From the IMG/VR virus record IMGVR_UViG_2541047814_000001: a stretch of DNA of 50,937 nt, one strand, 5' to 3'. The stretch comes from a virus (Duplodnaviria; Heunggongvirae; Uroviricota; Caudoviricetes). This document shows, piece after piece, positions 1 through 10,948 of the stretch (positions within the stretch are counted from its first letter, which is position 1; every line of letters begins with the position of its first letter). The notes under the pieces were generated by a model that searched no databases, was not told the DNA's origin, and saw nothing but the letters and a program-made list of their open reading frames with translations. The translations under genes and the position numbers were made by a program.

Positions 1-558
1 ATGAATACAGCTATAACTTTTTCTAACGAGTCACCAAAAGTCTTTTTCAAAGATGGTCGCCTGGTTACCACCTCTCAAGCTGTTGCCGACTACTTCGATA
101 AACAACATAAACACGTTTTAGCTAAGATTGACACACTCGACTGCTCTCCCGAATTTACATCAGCCAACTTTTCGGCCGATGTTCAGACTGTCGAAATTGG
201 CAACGGCGCAGAACGTGAATCACGATGCTACCTGATCACAAAAGACGGCTTCATGTTCCTCGTAATGGGATTTACTGGCAAAAAAGCAGCCAGACTAAAA
301 GAAGCTTACATTGAAAAATTTAACGCAATGGAAGAAGAACTCCACAAACGTCCTCCTGCAGCACAAAACTCCCCCGCCCCAAATAATGGATGCGCATTAC
401 TGATCCACTTCGATAAACACGGTCAGGTCGAGTTCACAGAAAAAGTCCCCGCCGATGCGATGGTATGCACGCTGGAACGGTTTAAATTTTATCTGGAGCA
501 ACATGGGTGGATCGTTGCCCGTAAAGAACAATTGGTGGAAAGGTTGATGCGGTTTTAA
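1..558 (+). CDS. Rha-family phage regulatory protein (185 aa)
   Basis: N-terminal motif KDGRLVTTSQAVADYFDKQHKHVLAKID resembles the Rha regulatory domain; ATG at position 1; hairpin terminator follows. Family call from memory, not searched. Confidence 0.55.
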   Translation: MNTAITFSNESPKVFFKDGRLVTTSQAVADYFDKQHKHVLAKIDTLDCSPEFTSANFSADVQTVEIGNGAERESRCYLITKDGFMFLVMGFTGKKAARLKEAYIEKFNAMEEELHKRPPAAQNSPAPNNGCALLIHFDKHGQVEFTEKVPADAMVCTLERFKFYLEQHGWIVARKEQLVERLMRF

Positions 559-565
559 TGAATGC

Positions 566-600
566 AAAACCCCGGATGATCACCGGGGTTAATTTTATCG
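566..600. terminator. GC-rich hairpin (AAAACCCCGG-atgatca-CCGGGGTT) followed by T-rich tract; likely bidirectional terminator after rha
   Basis: Inverted repeat read directly in sequence 3' of the Rha ORF stop. Confidence 0.5.
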
Positions 601-918
601 AGCGTGATTGCCGCTAATCGCCATCGCTCTGATTGAGCGTAAATCATTCAGGTTATTCAGTTCTTCCTTCTGCTCTCGCTGACGTCAATAAATCCCATCA
701 TTGCGATCAACCTCATCCTTAACCATTGATGCGAGCAGTTCTTCCAGTTTCTGCGCTGACAGCTTTACCTGGTGATCTTCAGCATCTTCCCGGGCTATTG
801 TGGTTCGCGCAGTGGCTGATTTTGCTGACATCACCACAGGGGGCAGACGGACCATTGAACCATGGCCTCCGGAACAAATAAGGGCAAAAATAACAACCAC
901 TATCGAAAGCTCACAAAC

Positions 919-1127
919 TAACCGCAGCACGTTCCTGCATACGACGTGTCTGCGGCATAATCCCAATGATTACTCCCTGACAGGATTTGCAGGCCACTCA
1001 ATATCAGGTGCAGTTGATGTATCAACACGATTCAACAATACCCGATATTTATTCCATGCCTCCAGCAACGATCTTTCTTCCTCCGTTGCGATTTCCAGAT
1101 CTACAGCATCCTGCAGTGGCGCAATAT
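919..1127. repeat. Direct repeat copy 1 of the tfa 3' end plus downstream hairpin (partner at 1969-2177)
   Basis: About 200 bp near-identical to 1969-2177 in the same orientation (aaccgcagcacgtt...ggcataatcccaatgattactccctgacagg...). Confidence 0.8.
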
Positions 1128-1239
1128 ACTCACTGAATTCCTGGATGTAGAACTGTGTGGTGACGGTCTTCCAGCCATTCGGCTCCTGCTGTATCGAAGC
1201 ATACCAGGCTATTTCAATATCGCTATGCTGCGGCAGCAT
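970..1239 (-). pseudogene. Tail fibre assembly protein C-terminal fragment (89 aa; duplicated tfa 3' end with unrelated N-terminus)
   Basis: C-terminal ~50 aa ([51 protein letters not shown]) nearly identical to the C-terminus of the full tfa at 2019-2603. Confidence 0.55.
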
Positions 1240-1295
1240 TTAACCCCTTGTAATTCATCGCCATAATTGATTTAATTCACAAATAAAACTATAAC

Positions 1296-1964
1296 ATGGT
1301 GAAATCAATGAAAAAAAACACAGATGATGGGGCTAAAATTTACACACCACTTACCCTAAAGCTTTATGACTGGTGGGTTTTGGGAGTATCAAATCGGCTT
1401 GCATGGGGATGTCCTACAAAGGAACACCTTCTTCCACACTTTCTGGAACATGTAGGTAACAACCATCTGGATATTGGTGTTGGAACTGGGTTTTACCTTA
1501 CTCACGTACCTGAGAGTAGTCTGATATCTTTAATGGATTTGAACGAAGCTAGCCTGAACGCGGCATCTACAAGGGCTGGGGAATCAAAAATTAAACATAA
1601 AATTAGCCATGATGTTTTTGAACCTTATCCCGCGGCGTTACATGGTCAATTTGATTCCATTTCCATGTTTTACCTTCTTCACTGCCTGCCTGGAAATATA
1701 TCTACAAAAAGCTGTGTAATACGCAATGCGGCGCAGGCCTTAACTGACGATGGAACTCTATACGGAGCCACAATTCTTGGCGATGGAGTTGTGCACAATA
1801 GCTTCGGTCAAAAACTGATGCGCATTTACAATCAGAAAGGCATCTTTTCAAACACAAAAGATTCCGAAGAAGGCTTAACACATATACTCTCAGAGCATTT
1901 CGAGAATGTTAAAACCAAGGTTCAAGGTACTGTAGTAATGTTTTCCGCTTCAGGGAAAAAATAG
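1296..1964 (+). CDS. Class I SAM-dependent methyltransferase-like cargo protein (222 aa)
   Basis: Motif I-like LDIGVGTGFYL (hh-D-h-GxGxG); gene is visibly more AT-rich than flanking tail genes; sits between the two tfa 3'-end repeats on the opposite strand. Confidence 0.6.
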   Translation: MVKSMKKNTDDGAKIYTPLTLKLYDWWVLGVSNRLAWGCPTKEHLLPHFLEHVGNNHLDIGVGTGFYLTHVPESSLISLMDLNEASLNAASTRAGESKIKHKISHDVFEPYPAALHGQFDSISMFYLLHCLPGNISTKSCVIRNAAQALTDDGTLYGATILGDGVVHNSFGQKLMRIYNQKGIFSNTKDSEEGLTHILSEHFENVKTKVQGTVVMFSASGKK

Positions 1965-1968
1965 CATC

Positions 1969-2177
1969 CAACCGCAGCACGTTCTTGCTTAAGACGTGCT
2001 GCGGCATAATCCCAATGATTACTCCCTGACAGGGTTCGTAGGCCACTCAATATCAGGTGCAGTTGATGTATCAACACGGTTCAGCAACACCCGATACTTT
2101 TTCCAGGCTTCCAGCAATGAGGTTTCTTCCTCCGTTGCAATTTCCAGATCTGCAGCATCCTGAAGCGGCGCAATATG
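1969..2177. repeat. Direct repeat copy 2 (tfa 3' end and hairpin gcagcacgt-N11-acgtgctgc at 1974-2002)
   Basis: Matches 919-1127; the hairpin lies between the convergent methyltransferase and tfa genes. Confidence 0.8.
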
Positions 2178-2603
2178 CTCACTGGCTACCTGCATCAGGT
2201 TGTTTTTTGTTTCTTCCGCCTCCCGGATCCGGAACAGTTTTTCTGCTTCCGTATCCTTCACCCAGGCTGTGCCGTTCCACTTCTGAAACTCCCCTTCCGG
2301 CGATAACCAGGTAACATTTTCCGGTAACGGACCGAGTTCAGAAATAAATAACTCGTCCCCTGACGCTACGTCATAAACCGTTTTACCCCGATGGTCTTCA
2401 ACGAGATGCCACGATGCCTCATCACTGTTGAAAACAGCCACAAAGCCAGCAGGAATATCTGGTGGTGCAATATCGGTACTGTTTGCTGGCAGACCTGTAT
2501 GAGGCGGAATATATGCGTCACCTTCACCAATAAATTCATTAGTTCCGGCCAGCAGATTATAAATTTTTATGGTCCGTGCTTGTTCACTCATTCTGAATGC
2601 CAT
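2019..2603 (-). CDS. tfa: Tail fibre assembly protein Tfa (194 aa)
   Basis: Immediately downstream of stf with ATGA overlap; conserved Tfa C-terminal region; lambda gene order. Confidence 0.85.
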   Translation of the reverse strand: MAFRMSEQARTIKIYNLLAGTNEFIGEGDAYIPPHTGLPANSTDIAPPDIPAGFVAVFNSDEASWHLVEDHRGKTVYDVASGDELFISELGPLPENVTWLSPEGEFQKWNGTAWVKDTEAEKLFRIREAEETKNNLMQVASEHIAPLQDAADLEIATEEETSLLEAWKKYRVLLNRVDTSTAPDIEWPTNPVRE

Positions 2604-5600
2604 TATGCAAGCCTCACAATATAGTTAAATGCGATGTTTTTGACGGTGTTTTCCGCGTTACCCGCAGCGTTAACGGTGATGGTGTGTCCATGTGAACCAA
2701 TCGCAACGGAGTGCGTATGCGCACCAATACCTACAGTATGTGCATGTGCGCCAGAACTTGCTGCAGTACCAGACAGCGAGTGGGTATGAGCACCTGCTGA
2801 CTGTGTCTGAATACGTTGATAATACGATCTATAGGAAGAAGTCTCCGGGCTTACTTGATACTGTGAATTCTGGACATAAGTGAACCCACCGCCATCATAA
2901 AATGCTAACGCAGAACCGCCGCCTCCTGGCCAACGAATACCATTACCATGAGTATGAACACCGGCAGACCCCGTAGAGCCACTCAGACTGTGCGTATGCG
3001 CCCCGGTGTTATTCGTGGATTTAGTGCCGTAATCAAACGACGATGTGGTTTTCGTCCCCAAATCCGTACTGGATGCGCTGGCGCTGTGGGTGTGCGATTT
3101 AATGCCGTCCTGTTCCTGAGACAATACGGCCCGGCCACTGGCGGGTTTGCCCTTGATTGTCCAGCCGCGCATATCTGGAATAACACCTGAAGGATAGGCA
3201 ATAGCCAGTTTCGGATATGCTGCCTTATCAAACGTCTGCCCCTGCATGATTGCATAACCTGCAGGTGGTGTATCTGATGGCCACGGCAGCGGAACACCTG
3301 GCGGAAACGCTTCAATATTTGCCGAGCCGTCAAATTTTACGCCGTTAATTGTCCTTGCAGTTTGCAATTTGGTTGCTGTGCTTGCATTACCCGATAAAGA
3401 TCCAGTGATACCACCACTCGCGTTTAATTTAGTTGCAATTGTAACATTGCCAGTATGGTTACTAATTATAAACGGCCTTAAGCTATTGTGCGTACCAAGA
3501 CTGTTACCCGAATCTGTCAACATAAAATATGTGTTTGATCCATCATTTCGGATAAAGAATCCATAGTTGCCATAGGCAATACGCAGACCATTTGCTGACC
3601 TTGAAATAACCTCACCAGCAGCAGTTAAACCACCTGAAAGAGTCCCTCCAGTTAATGCCAATGCCCCAATATTTGAAGGGGTCAATGTGATATTTGCACT
3701 ACCATCAAATGACACACCGTTAATCGTTCTGGCTGCCTGAAGTTTCGTGGCGGTCGCAGCATTACCTGTAGTGTTTTGATTACCGGTAGCGTTGACTCCA
3801 GGCAAGTTGATATCTGCCGATCCATCAAATGCCACGCCCCCAATCTTACGTGCTGTCTTGATCTTGGTCGCAGTATCTGCGTTTCCGGTCAAATTACCAG
3901 TAACACTACCACCAACTTTTAGTCCATTACCGATGGACACCAACCCTGATCTTAAGTTTATAGAGAATGGTCTTAATGAACCGATGTCTCCATTTTCCCC
4001 CTCCCCTTCATTAGTCGGAATAAGATGAAGATGATCTTCGGAACGCCTAAAAATAAGGCCAAAGGCTTGGTTGAATATTCGAAGAGCATTTATCGTGCTG
4101 ATTTTTAACTGCCCTCCCATTGTGTCGCCAGTTTTTTGAACTGAACTATCTTTAACAGTTTTAACTGCCTTTGGCGTTGCCGCCAGCTTTTCACTGGTGC
4201 TGTTTGTTGCACTGCTGAGCTGTACTATCCCCTTTTTCGTCGTGCTCGCATCCTCCAGCGCCACGGCGGATGCAATATCCTCTGCCCGTTTTGCTGCTGT
4301 CTCGGCGCGCGTTGCCGCGGATTCAGCAGCAACTTTGCTCTGAGATGCAGCCGTCGCACTGCCTGCCGCCTCTGATGCTTTCGTTGTTGCTGTCGTGGCA
4401 CTACCTTTCGCTGCTGACGCTTGTCTGGTCGCCTCATCTTTTGAAGCAGACGCAGATGATGCCGATGACGCCGCTGAACTGGCTGACGATGCGGCTGCCG
4501 CCTTAGAGGAAGCAGCATTGTCTGCTGAAGTCTTTGCATTTGTTTCAGAGGTTTTTGCTGCAGAAGCAGACCTCGCTGCTGCAGTGGCTTGCTCAGTGGC
4601 TTTGCCAGCCTTCGTTGTGGCTGTTGAAGCGGATGATGCGGCGCTTTCTGCCGATTTTCCGGCGGCGGTGGCACTGGCTGAGGCCTGCCCGGCACTTGTT
4701 GACGCGGCACTGGCAGATAATGCAGCCGCTGTTTTTGAACCTGCCGCAGCTGAGGCGCTCTGTCCCGCTGCTGTTTCAGAAGACTTAGCGTTCGTCTCGG
4801 ACGTTTTTGCCGCCTTCGCGGAATTTCCTGCCGCCGTTGCCGAGGAAGCTGCACTACTGGCACTTGATGATGCATTCGTTTCTGAAGATTTCGCTGCCTC
4901 TTTTGAGGTCGCCGCACCCCGTGCCGAGGTGGCAGCTTCTGACGCCTTCGTGGTCGCTGTGGATGCAGAAGTGGCTGCCGATTTTTGTGATGCTGCGGCA
5001 TTCGTTTCTGACGTTTTCGCGGCACTGGCGCTGGTAGCTGCCGCGCTTTTTGATGACTCTGCAGCAGCAGCAGCACTTTTTGCTGCTTCACGGGTCTTTG
5101 TCGATGCCGTTCCTGCGCTGGAAGACGCTGACTGAGCCGACGACGCGGCCTGTCCGGCTGACGTGCTGGCGGCACGTGCTGAGGCTGCAGCATCGGTTGC
5201 ATGAGTTGCCGCCTCGCTGGCTGATGCACTGGCATCGCTGGCTGATTTTTTCGCGGCTGCCGTATTCTGTGCAACCGCGGAGGCGTTACGTGACACCTCT
5301 TCCACCATCTGCTCAAAGCGGCGCAGTGCCTCCGGTCGGACATCATCCTCCGTCATGGCACCGAGAAAATCATTCAGCGTACCTGATCTGGAACCTTCAT
5401 AGACGGTAATGGTCCCGGCATGTGAAGGCGGAAAACCTTCAACCAGCAGGGTGACGCTGTACTGACCATGCTCAACATCCATGCTGTAACGTCCGGCTTC
5501 ATCCGGATTTTCAGAGGCCACCGTGTTCACCACCACCGTGCTGCTGGTTCGTCTGGCCTTCAGCACAATGGTGCAGTTCTGTACTGGTTTTCCTGTGCCA

Positions 5601-5632
5601 TCTTTAAGCACGCCAGAAATTTTTACTGTCAT
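2603..5632 (-). CDS. stf: Side tail fibre protein Stf (1009 aa)
   Basis: N-terminus [22 protein letters not shown]... matches lambda Stf; long Ala/Ser/Thr-rich repeat region; C-terminal His-rich HxH motifs (GAHTHS..., [30 protein letters not shown]). Confidence 0.9.
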   Translation of the reverse strand: MTVKISGVLKDGTGKPVQNCTIVLKARRTSSTVVVNTVASENPDEAGRYSMDVEHGQYSVTLLVEGFPPSHAGTITVYEGSRSGTLNDFLGAMTEDDVRPEALRRFEQMVEEVSRNASAVAQNTAAAKKSASDASASASEAATHATDAAASARAASTSAGQAASSAQSASSSAGTASTKTREAAKSAAAAAESSKSAAATSASAAKTSETNAAASQKSAATSASTATTKASEAATSARGAATSKEAAKSSETNASSSASSAASSATAAGNSAKAAKTSETNAKSSETAAGQSASAAAGSKTAAALSASAASTSAGQASASATAAGKSAESAASSASTATTKAGKATEQATAAARSASAAKTSETNAKTSADNAASSKAAAASSASSAASSASSASASKDEATRQASAAKGSATTATTKASEAAGSATAASQSKVAAESAATRAETAAKRAEDIASAVALEDASTTKKGIVQLSSATNSTSEKLAATPKAVKTVKDSSVQKTGDTMGGQLKISTINALRIFNQAFGLIFRRSEDHLHLIPTNEGEGENGDIGSLRPFSINLRSGLVSIGNGLKVGGSVTGNLTGNADTATKIKTARKIGGVAFDGSADINLPGVNATGNQNTTGNAATATKLQAARTINGVSFDGSANITLTPSNIGALALTGGTLSGGLTAAGEVISRSANGLRIAYGNYGFFIRNDGSNTYFMLTDSGNSLGTHNSLRPFIISNHTGNVTIATKLNASGGITGSLSGNASTATKLQTARTINGVKFDGSANIEAFPPGVPLPWPSDTPPAGYAIMQGQTFDKAAYPKLAIAYPSGVIPDMRGWTIKGKPASGRAVLSQEQDGIKSHTHSASASSTDLGTKTTSSFDYGTKSTNNTGAHTHSLSGSTGSAGVHTHGNGIRWPGGGGSALAFYDGGGFTYVQNSQYQVSPETSSYRSYYQRIQTQSAGAHTHSLSGTAASSGAHAHTVGIGAHTHSVAIGSHGHTITVNAAGNAENTVKNIAFNYIVRLA

Positions 5633-5643
5633 ACTTTTCCACC

Positions 5644-5678
5644 AATAAAAAAAGCCCGCAGCAGTGACGCCACGGGCT
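5644..5678 (-). terminator. Rho-independent terminator after lom (minus strand)
   Basis: Minus-strand reading gives hairpin AGCCCG...CGGGCT followed by a T tract. Confidence 0.55.
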
Positions 5679-5783
5679 TCAGGACAGTGTAACTTTACGT
5701 TTCCTCAAACGCAGTTCACCCCATAAGGTGGATGAACCTGCGTATCATAACAATATTTACAGAAGATAAATCGGCGTCTGTTG

Positions 5784-6383
5784 TCAGAAACGGTATCCGA
5801 TACCAACAATAAATGCATCCGTTCGCCAGTCGCCACTACCGGAACCTTCATAAGCAAGGTCAATGGTCACGGATTCGGTCGGATTAAACTGCACGCCAGC
5901 CCCCCACGCCAGAGACGTGTTGCTGTGGCGACCGTCATCACTTCCGGTCAGCACATCGTGCGTTTTCCCCTTGTTGTCAGTTACGCGGAGATAATCCCCG
6001 GAGAAAGTCGACACACGGCTGTAAGCCACACCCACCATCGCATACGCGCTGAACCATTCATTCACGCGTACAGACGGCCCCGCCATCACGCTGAACCAGC
6101 GGTTACGCACGGAATCTTCATGCCAGCGGGTATCGCTGTAGCGCGTTTTTTGCTCATCCTCAGCATTGGCATAACTGAAGGACGTAATCAGCCCCAGCGC
6201 GTCCGTAAACTCATAACGGTATTTCACGTTAATCCCGTTCAGATCATCACTACCGGGAACGTTCGTCGAGGCATGGAGATACCCCGCGCTCAGCGTGGAC
6301 TGATGTTCTGCTGCACTCGCTGGCGTAGCAGCGGCGACCTGCCAGACTACTGCGGACAAAATAACAGCACATAATTTACGCAT
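5784..6383 (-). CDS. lom: Lom outer-membrane protein (Ail/Lom/PagC family, 199 aa)
   Basis: Signal peptide then beta-barrel-like sequence ending ...GIGYRF; position between J and stf as in lambda. Confidence 0.9.
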   Translation of the reverse strand: MRKLCAVILSAVVWQVAAATPASAAEHQSTLSAGYLHASTNVPGSDDLNGINVKYRYEFTDALGLITSFSYANAEDEQKTRYSDTRWHEDSVRNRWFSVMAGPSVRVNEWFSAYAMVGVAYSRVSTFSGDYLRVTDNKGKTHDVLTGSDDGRHSNTSLAWGAGVQFNPTESVTIDLAYEGSGSGDWRTDAFIVGIGYRF

Positions 6384-6450
6384 AATTACCTCTCGCTTTT
6401 CTGCAATAAAAAAGGCGCCATTTCTGGCGCCCGTATCTGGGTTATAAAAT

Positions 6451-9400
6451 TCAGCTAATCGTGATGCCTGCAGTGGCTTTCTTCATCACCACAACCAGCA
6501 AATCGCTGATACTTGCTGTGGGATACCAGTTATTTACCAGCCATGCTGACACCGAAAACTCCAGTGTCATGTGACCGTGACCGGCAGGCATATCAATAAC
6601 ACCACTGTAAATCAGCGTATTATCCAGCGCGGTACGGTTATAAATTTCAGCACCGTTTTTCCGCACTATCAGACGGCATGAGGAGTAAATATCAGTATGC
6701 TCTTTCTCATGTTTAGCGCCGCTGAATGCCACCGCCGGAATAACAATCTGCCGGTCAAACGGCTGATCGTCATAAACCCTGACGGTAATGGTTCCTGATG
6801 GCCACCGCTCCGGTGCACGGGAGTCCCGGGGGAAAGCTTTGCCCACTGTTTTAACGAGATCGCCTTCAATCTGGTTCGCGGACAATTTTCCCAGAACCCG
6901 ACAGTTCTCGTTAATCGTGACGTTGTTGAGCGTCCCGGAGTTCGCATTCACGTTACCGCTGATATCGGCATTTTTCGCCGTCAGCCGCCCGTCCGGTGTC
7001 AGGGAAAATGCCGGAGGATTACCGCCGCTGGTAATGGTGGGAGCCGTCAGATATTTCAGGAACACTTCATTCATAAATATCTGATCGCCCTGACCAACAA
7101 ACATCGGCTTTGTGTTGCCATTCGCAGGATTAATCATCGCAATCCTGTCTGCCGCCAGCAGCACCTGACTCTGCATTCCTGCTGGCGTATTCTCAATACC
7201 GGCACCGATACCCGCAATATAAAGGCGTCCGTCCTGCATCTGCTGCAGTTTCACGGCCCACATGCTGTTCAGGTTATTATTTGTATCAACCTGAACTTTC
7301 TGTATCTGCTGGATTGCCGCACTCTGATTTTCCAGTTTTTTATTGACGGTCTGCGTGATTTCATTGCTGACATTCGTAATGGACGTCCTGATTTCAGCCA
7401 GGTCCGGCGCAAGCTGACCGTTATCAATCTGCGTCCACAGCTCCTGGGCCAGATGTGTTTTCCCGATTTCTCCTTTGAAAAAATCCAGGTAACCTTCCGC
7501 ATCATCGCTCGCCCGACCGACAGCCTCCACGAATGCCGATTTGCCAACAGTATTCACACTGCGGATATAAAAATAATAATCATGGCCCGGTTTGATATTG
7601 ATACTGGCAGCTATCCAGTACAGCGCCGAGCCAAGATAGCGGGCTGCGGTTTCAACCTGCCTGATATCCGCAATCCGCTTTTCCGAGAACCAGAACTCAA
7701 ACTGTACCGTCGGGTCATAAACGGCAAGATGCGGCGTGGCGGTTATCTGAAAATAGCCCGGCGTCAGCTCAATCCGCGACGGTGCTGCCGGTGCGGCAAT
7801 CCGGAAGGTGGTGGTGGCAGGTTCACCCTGCTGGCCATAGCTGTTTATCGCCCGCACCGTCAGGGTGTATTCCCCGAGCGGCAGGCCGCTGAAACGGTGC
7901 TCCGTGTCTGCGGTGATAGCGGTGGTCACCAGTCTGGCATCCGTTCCCTTACCACTGGTCAGGCGCAGACTGAAGCGCACACCCTTCACCACCCGCGGCG
8001 TGTCCCATTTCGCCTGCGCCAGATACTGGCCGTCAGCTGCGCTCACCTCCACCGTCAGGTGCTGCACTGCCGGTGGGATGACGCTGTTCAGGGAACCTGA
8101 CTGCGGCTCAAAGCGGGCACCGTTATCCACGATGGCTTCTTTTTCCGGTACGTGCTGCACCGCCGTGATGGCAAAGGTGCCGTCCGTGTTTTCCCGGACG
8201 GAGACACAGCGGAACAGGCGACGGCGCAGTGACGGCAGGGAGAGTCCCCACACCCCGTATGTCTCCACACCATCAGGCAGGGTACTGACCTGTATCCGGT
8301 CCGGCGCGGGGTGTTCGGTGATGTCCACACTCACTGGCTTACCGCTGCCGTTAATCAGGTTCACCGTGGCGGCACCGGTCTCCGGAAGTGTCACTTCACG
8401 GTCCAGCGTCAGGGTGCGGGTGGCAGCATCAATGGACAGGACACGTCCGCCGGTCAGGGTCCCGGCATAGTCGTTATCACAGATTTCAATGATGTCACCG
8501 GGTGTGTGCCGCAGCCCCTGAGACCCGAGCGTGAAATCCACCGTCTGCGTTTCCAGCAGTTCGGTCTTTATCACCCACAGTCCGGCACGGTGGGCCTGAC
8601 CGCGGCTGGTACAGCCGAACGCGTCCATCTTCAGCAGGTTGCGTCCGTAGCGCAGTATGGCTTCCGGGTCTTCCACCAGTTCCGTGGAGGTCTGCCAGCC
8701 GTTCTGCGGGTCGGTGTAATTCACCTCCACCGCCGTGTGCCGGTCCTTCAGGGCACTGAAGCTGTAGCGGAATCCCACGCCGTTATCATCCACCACCACA
8801 TCGCTGTTGGTGTACGGCCACACCACATCCGACGGGCGGTCCTGAACGAACGTCAGCGTCTGACCGTTCCATACCGGCATACAGCGCATCGCAGAGCAGA
8901 AATCACTGAGAACGTCCCACGCCTTACGCTGTTGTGCCAGGTACGCATTAAAGGTCATCCGCGGCTCGGTCCCCCCGAAACCATCCGGGACCGTCTGATC
9001 GCAGTACTGCCCGATGGCATACAGCGCCCACTTGTCCACATCCGCCGCCCCCAGACGTTTTCCCATGCCGTAGCGCGGGTGAGTCAGCATGTCCCACAGG
9101 CACCAGGCCGGGTTGTTGCTGTATGCCGGTTTCAGACTGCCGTCCCAGATACCACTGTACGTGCGTTTTTCCGGGTCATAGTTTGACGGCACCTGGATGA
9201 TACGACCGCGGATATGGTAGTTCACCGTCATCTGCTGGCCGCCGAACTGCTCCGCATCCACCTGCAGCCCCACAATGGCCGTGTTCGGGTAGCACTGTTT
9301 CACATCGATGATTTCGGTGTATGACGACCACAGCGTCTTATTCTGCAGCTGGTCCGTGGTGCTGTCCGCCGTCTCCCTGACCATCCGGATGTTAAAGGGC

Positions 9401-9924
9401 CGGGGAGGCAGATTATCCAGAATCACCGAGGCCAGGAACTGTGAGGTGGTCTTGCCGTTAATGGTGACGTCCTTTTCTGTCACCCAGTTACCGTTACGCT
9501 GTAACTGAATCAGCAGGCGGACGGTTGCCGGGTTACGGTCACCCTTTGAGGTGGTCTCCACCAGTGACTGCACCCCGAAGGTAACCCGCAGGCGGTCAAT
9601 GTTCGCGGACGTAATGGTGCGCGTCACCGGTTTTGCCTTCGTCACTTCCACGCCCAGTCCGGTTTCAGCTCCGGAGGACTCAAAGCCTTCCGGTGGTGTC
9701 TGCTCCTGCTCCCCGGCACGCCAGACCGCGGTCACACCGTGTATCACGGGATTACCGTCCGTGTCCGTCAGCGGGGTTTTGTTCACCAGAATACTCTGCA
9801 GTCCCTTCACCGGACCTTCTATCGGTCCCTCACCAATCGCATCAATCACACTCATCATCTGCGTGGATTTGAGATTATCCTTCGCCTCACGAGGCGTGTG
9901 TGCCTTACCGCCACCTTTTCCCAT
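6451..9924 (-). CDS. J: Host specificity / central tail fibre protein J (1157 aa)
   Basis: N-terminus [37 protein letters not shown] typical of lambda J; size and position; GGGGAAGG RBS upstream. Confidence 0.9.
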   Translation of the reverse strand: MGKGGGKAHTPREAKDNLKSTQMMSVIDAIGEGPIEGPVKGLQSILVNKTPLTDTDGNPVIHGVTAVWRAGEQEQTPPEGFESSGAETGLGVEVTKAKPVTRTITSANIDRLRVTFGVQSLVETTSKGDRNPATVRLLIQLQRNGNWVTEKDVTINGKTTSQFLASVILDNLPPRPFNIRMVRETADSTTDQLQNKTLWSSYTEIIDVKQCYPNTAIVGLQVDAEQFGGQQMTVNYHIRGRIIQVPSNYDPEKRTYSGIWDGSLKPAYSNNPAWCLWDMLTHPRYGMGKRLGAADVDKWALYAIGQYCDQTVPDGFGGTEPRMTFNAYLAQQRKAWDVLSDFCSAMRCMPVWNGQTLTFVQDRPSDVVWPYTNSDVVVDDNGVGFRYSFSALKDRHTAVEVNYTDPQNGWQTSTELVEDPEAILRYGRNLLKMDAFGCTSRGQAHRAGLWVIKTELLETQTVDFTLGSQGLRHTPGDIIEICDNDYAGTLTGGRVLSIDAATRTLTLDREVTLPETGAATVNLINGSGKPVSVDITEHPAPDRIQVSTLPDGVETYGVWGLSLPSLRRRLFRCVSVRENTDGTFAITAVQHVPEKEAIVDNGARFEPQSGSLNSVIPPAVQHLTVEVSAADGQYLAQAKWDTPRVVKGVRFSLRLTSGKGTDARLVTTAITADTEHRFSGLPLGEYTLTVRAINSYGQQGEPATTTFRIAAPAAPSRIELTPGYFQITATPHLAVYDPTVQFEFWFSEKRIADIRQVETAARYLGSALYWIAASINIKPGHDYYFYIRSVNTVGKSAFVEAVGRASDDAEGYLDFFKGEIGKTHLAQELWTQIDNGQLAPDLAEIRTSITNVSNEITQTVNKKLENQSAAIQQIQKVQVDTNNNLNSMWAVKLQQMQDGRLYIAGIGAGIENTPAGMQSQVLLAADRIAMINPANGNTKPMFVGQGDQIFMNEVFLKYLTAPTITSGGNPPAFSLTPDGRLTAKNADISGNVNANSGTLNNVTINENCRVLGKLSANQIEGDLVKTVGKAFPRDSRAPERWPSGTITVRVYDDQPFDRQIVIPAVAFSGAKHEKEHTDIYSSCRLIVRKNGAEIYNRTALDNTLIYSGVIDMPAGHGHMTLEFSVSAWLVNNWYPTASISDLLVVVMKKATAGITIS

Positions 9925-10027
9925 ACAGCCTTCCCCTGAATAAATTAACCGCCACTTGCCATTCCGTACAGAAGTCGGATATCCTTCGCCCGAAAAGCAT
10001 GAAACACATTTCTGCCATGCTAAAGAG

Positions 10028-10064
10028 AAACCCCGGTATCAGCAGATACCGGGGTTTTCTTTCA
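10028..10064. terminator. Strong hairpin (AAACCCCGGTATC-agca-GATACCGGGGTTTT) with T tract, in the I-J intergenic insertion
   Basis: Perfect 13-bp inverted repeat read in sequence; T-rich on both flanks. Confidence 0.55.
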
Positions 10065-10129
10065 TGCCCACCGATAATCCTGTTGGTTAAAACCGGTAAT
10101 GGCATAAAAATTCTGAATATCTTCACATT

Positions 10130-10157
10130 TTCACACACTGACTGTGGCGCGTATAAT
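10130..10157 (+). promoter_or_regulatory. Candidate sigma70 promoter (TTCACA - 16 nt - TATAAT) pointing antisense to the late operon
   Basis: -35 at 10130-10135 and consensus -10 TATAAT at 10152-10157; no ORF with start codon downstream before the terminator at 10223-10262. Confidence 0.35.
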
Positions 10158-10222
10158 TTCTCTGCGTTAATTTTTTTGTCGTGATATAAGAATAATTCCT
10201 TACACTTAATCTTCGTAACTCT

Positions 10223-10262
10223 CCCGCAGTTCCTGTCCGCGATCACTGCGGGATTTTTTTAT
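10223..10262 (+). terminator. Rho-independent terminator (CCCGCAGT-loop-ACTGCGGG + T8) on plus strand
   Basis: 8-bp stem followed by ATTTTTTTATTCTTTTT; the T tract follows the hairpin only on the plus strand. Confidence 0.6.
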
Positions 10263-10267
10263 TCTTT

Positions 10268-10948
10268 TTACCCCTGCCGCCCGATAACCACGACCTTTCC
10301 GCCCCCGCCTTCATCACGGGTGCTGATGTCCTGGGATATACGGCGGGAGCCAACCAGCATTTCCCCGTAAGGCACCGGCATCGGGTTCCCCTGGGCAATC
10401 ATGTTATCCAGCGAGGAAAAGTACGTGTTCTGTCTGCCGTTATCCGTTGCGCGGTAATCCGGTGTTTTTGCCTTCGGGGCCAGCATCTGGGCCACTCCGC
10501 CCAGTATCATGCTGGCACCCAGTGAAAACAGCATCGTGGTGGCAGAAAAACCACCGGCACTCAGGGCTGTACCCCATAACGCCATCGAGCCTCCGGCCGT
10601 GAAGAAAGAGCCCACGATGGCTGCCGCCCCCAGCACAATCTGCAGTCCACCCTTTCCGGCCCCGGCCAGTCGCGGCACAATGTGGATGACCGTTCCCTCA
10701 CCCAGCTGTTCGTGAAGACGGGCATACACCGCCTCCGGTGCCGTGTCATCACCGGCAATACGTATCTGGTACCAGCCTTCGTTCATCTGACGGCGAAAGC
10801 CCGGCATCTGCATCGACAGGGCGCGAATGGCTTCCGCTGCCGTGTTCACATACAGGCTGAGGCGGCGGCCAAATCGTTGCAAATCCCCGTGAAGGCAGAT
10901 GCGTGCCAGTGGCGGTGACGCCAGACAGAATGCGTTCGTCGTTGCCAT
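10268..10948 (-). CDS. I: Tail assembly protein I (226 aa)
   Basis: MATTNAFCLASPPLARICLHGDLQRFGRR... and C-terminal ...QNTYFSSLDNMIAQGN... match lambda I; overlaps the 3' end of K by about 100 nt. Confidence 0.85.
   Translation of the reverse strand: MATTNAFCLASPPLARICLHGDLQRFGRRLSLYVNTAAEAIRALSMQMPGFRRQMNEGWYQIRIAGDDTAPEAVYARLHEQLGEGTVIHIVPRLAGAGKGGLQIVLGAAAIVGSFFTAGGSMALWGTALSAGGFSATTMLFSLGASMILGGVAQMLAPKAKTPDYRATDNGRQNTYFSSLDNMIAQGNPMPVPYGEMLVGSRRISQDISTRDEGGGGKVVVIGRQG

Noticed and set aside
880-2200. Invertible tail-fibre segment (Pin/Gin/Cin-type shufflon)
   Set aside because: The repeated tfa 3' ends are in direct, not inverted, orientation and no serine invertase gene is present in the window.
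4200-5300. CRISPR array or diversity-generating retroelement in the tail fibre repeats
   Set aside because: The repeats are in-frame coding repeats of Stf with no spacer-repeat regularity; no cas genes or reverse transcriptase anywhere in the window.
4225-5346. Long ORFs (373 aa minus, 246 aa plus and others) overlapping the stf repeat region
   Set aside because: They lie inside the Ala/Ser/Thr-rich repeat of stf in alternative frames or antisense; their Arg/Pro/Gln-rich or Ala/Asp-rich translations are repeat artefacts. The stf frame matches lambda Stf end to end.
7453-9186. Plus-strand ORFs of 200-290 aa antisense to J
   Set aside because: Fully contained within the well-supported J gene; Arg-rich low-complexity translations typical of antisense reading of GC-rich coding DNA.
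9905-10246. 113-aa minus-strand ORF and 94-aa plus-strand ORF spanning the I-J intergenic insertion
   Set aside because: They run through hairpin/terminator sequences and AT-rich DNA and overlap the J start out of frame, with no RBS; the region is better explained as non-coding (promoter and terminators).
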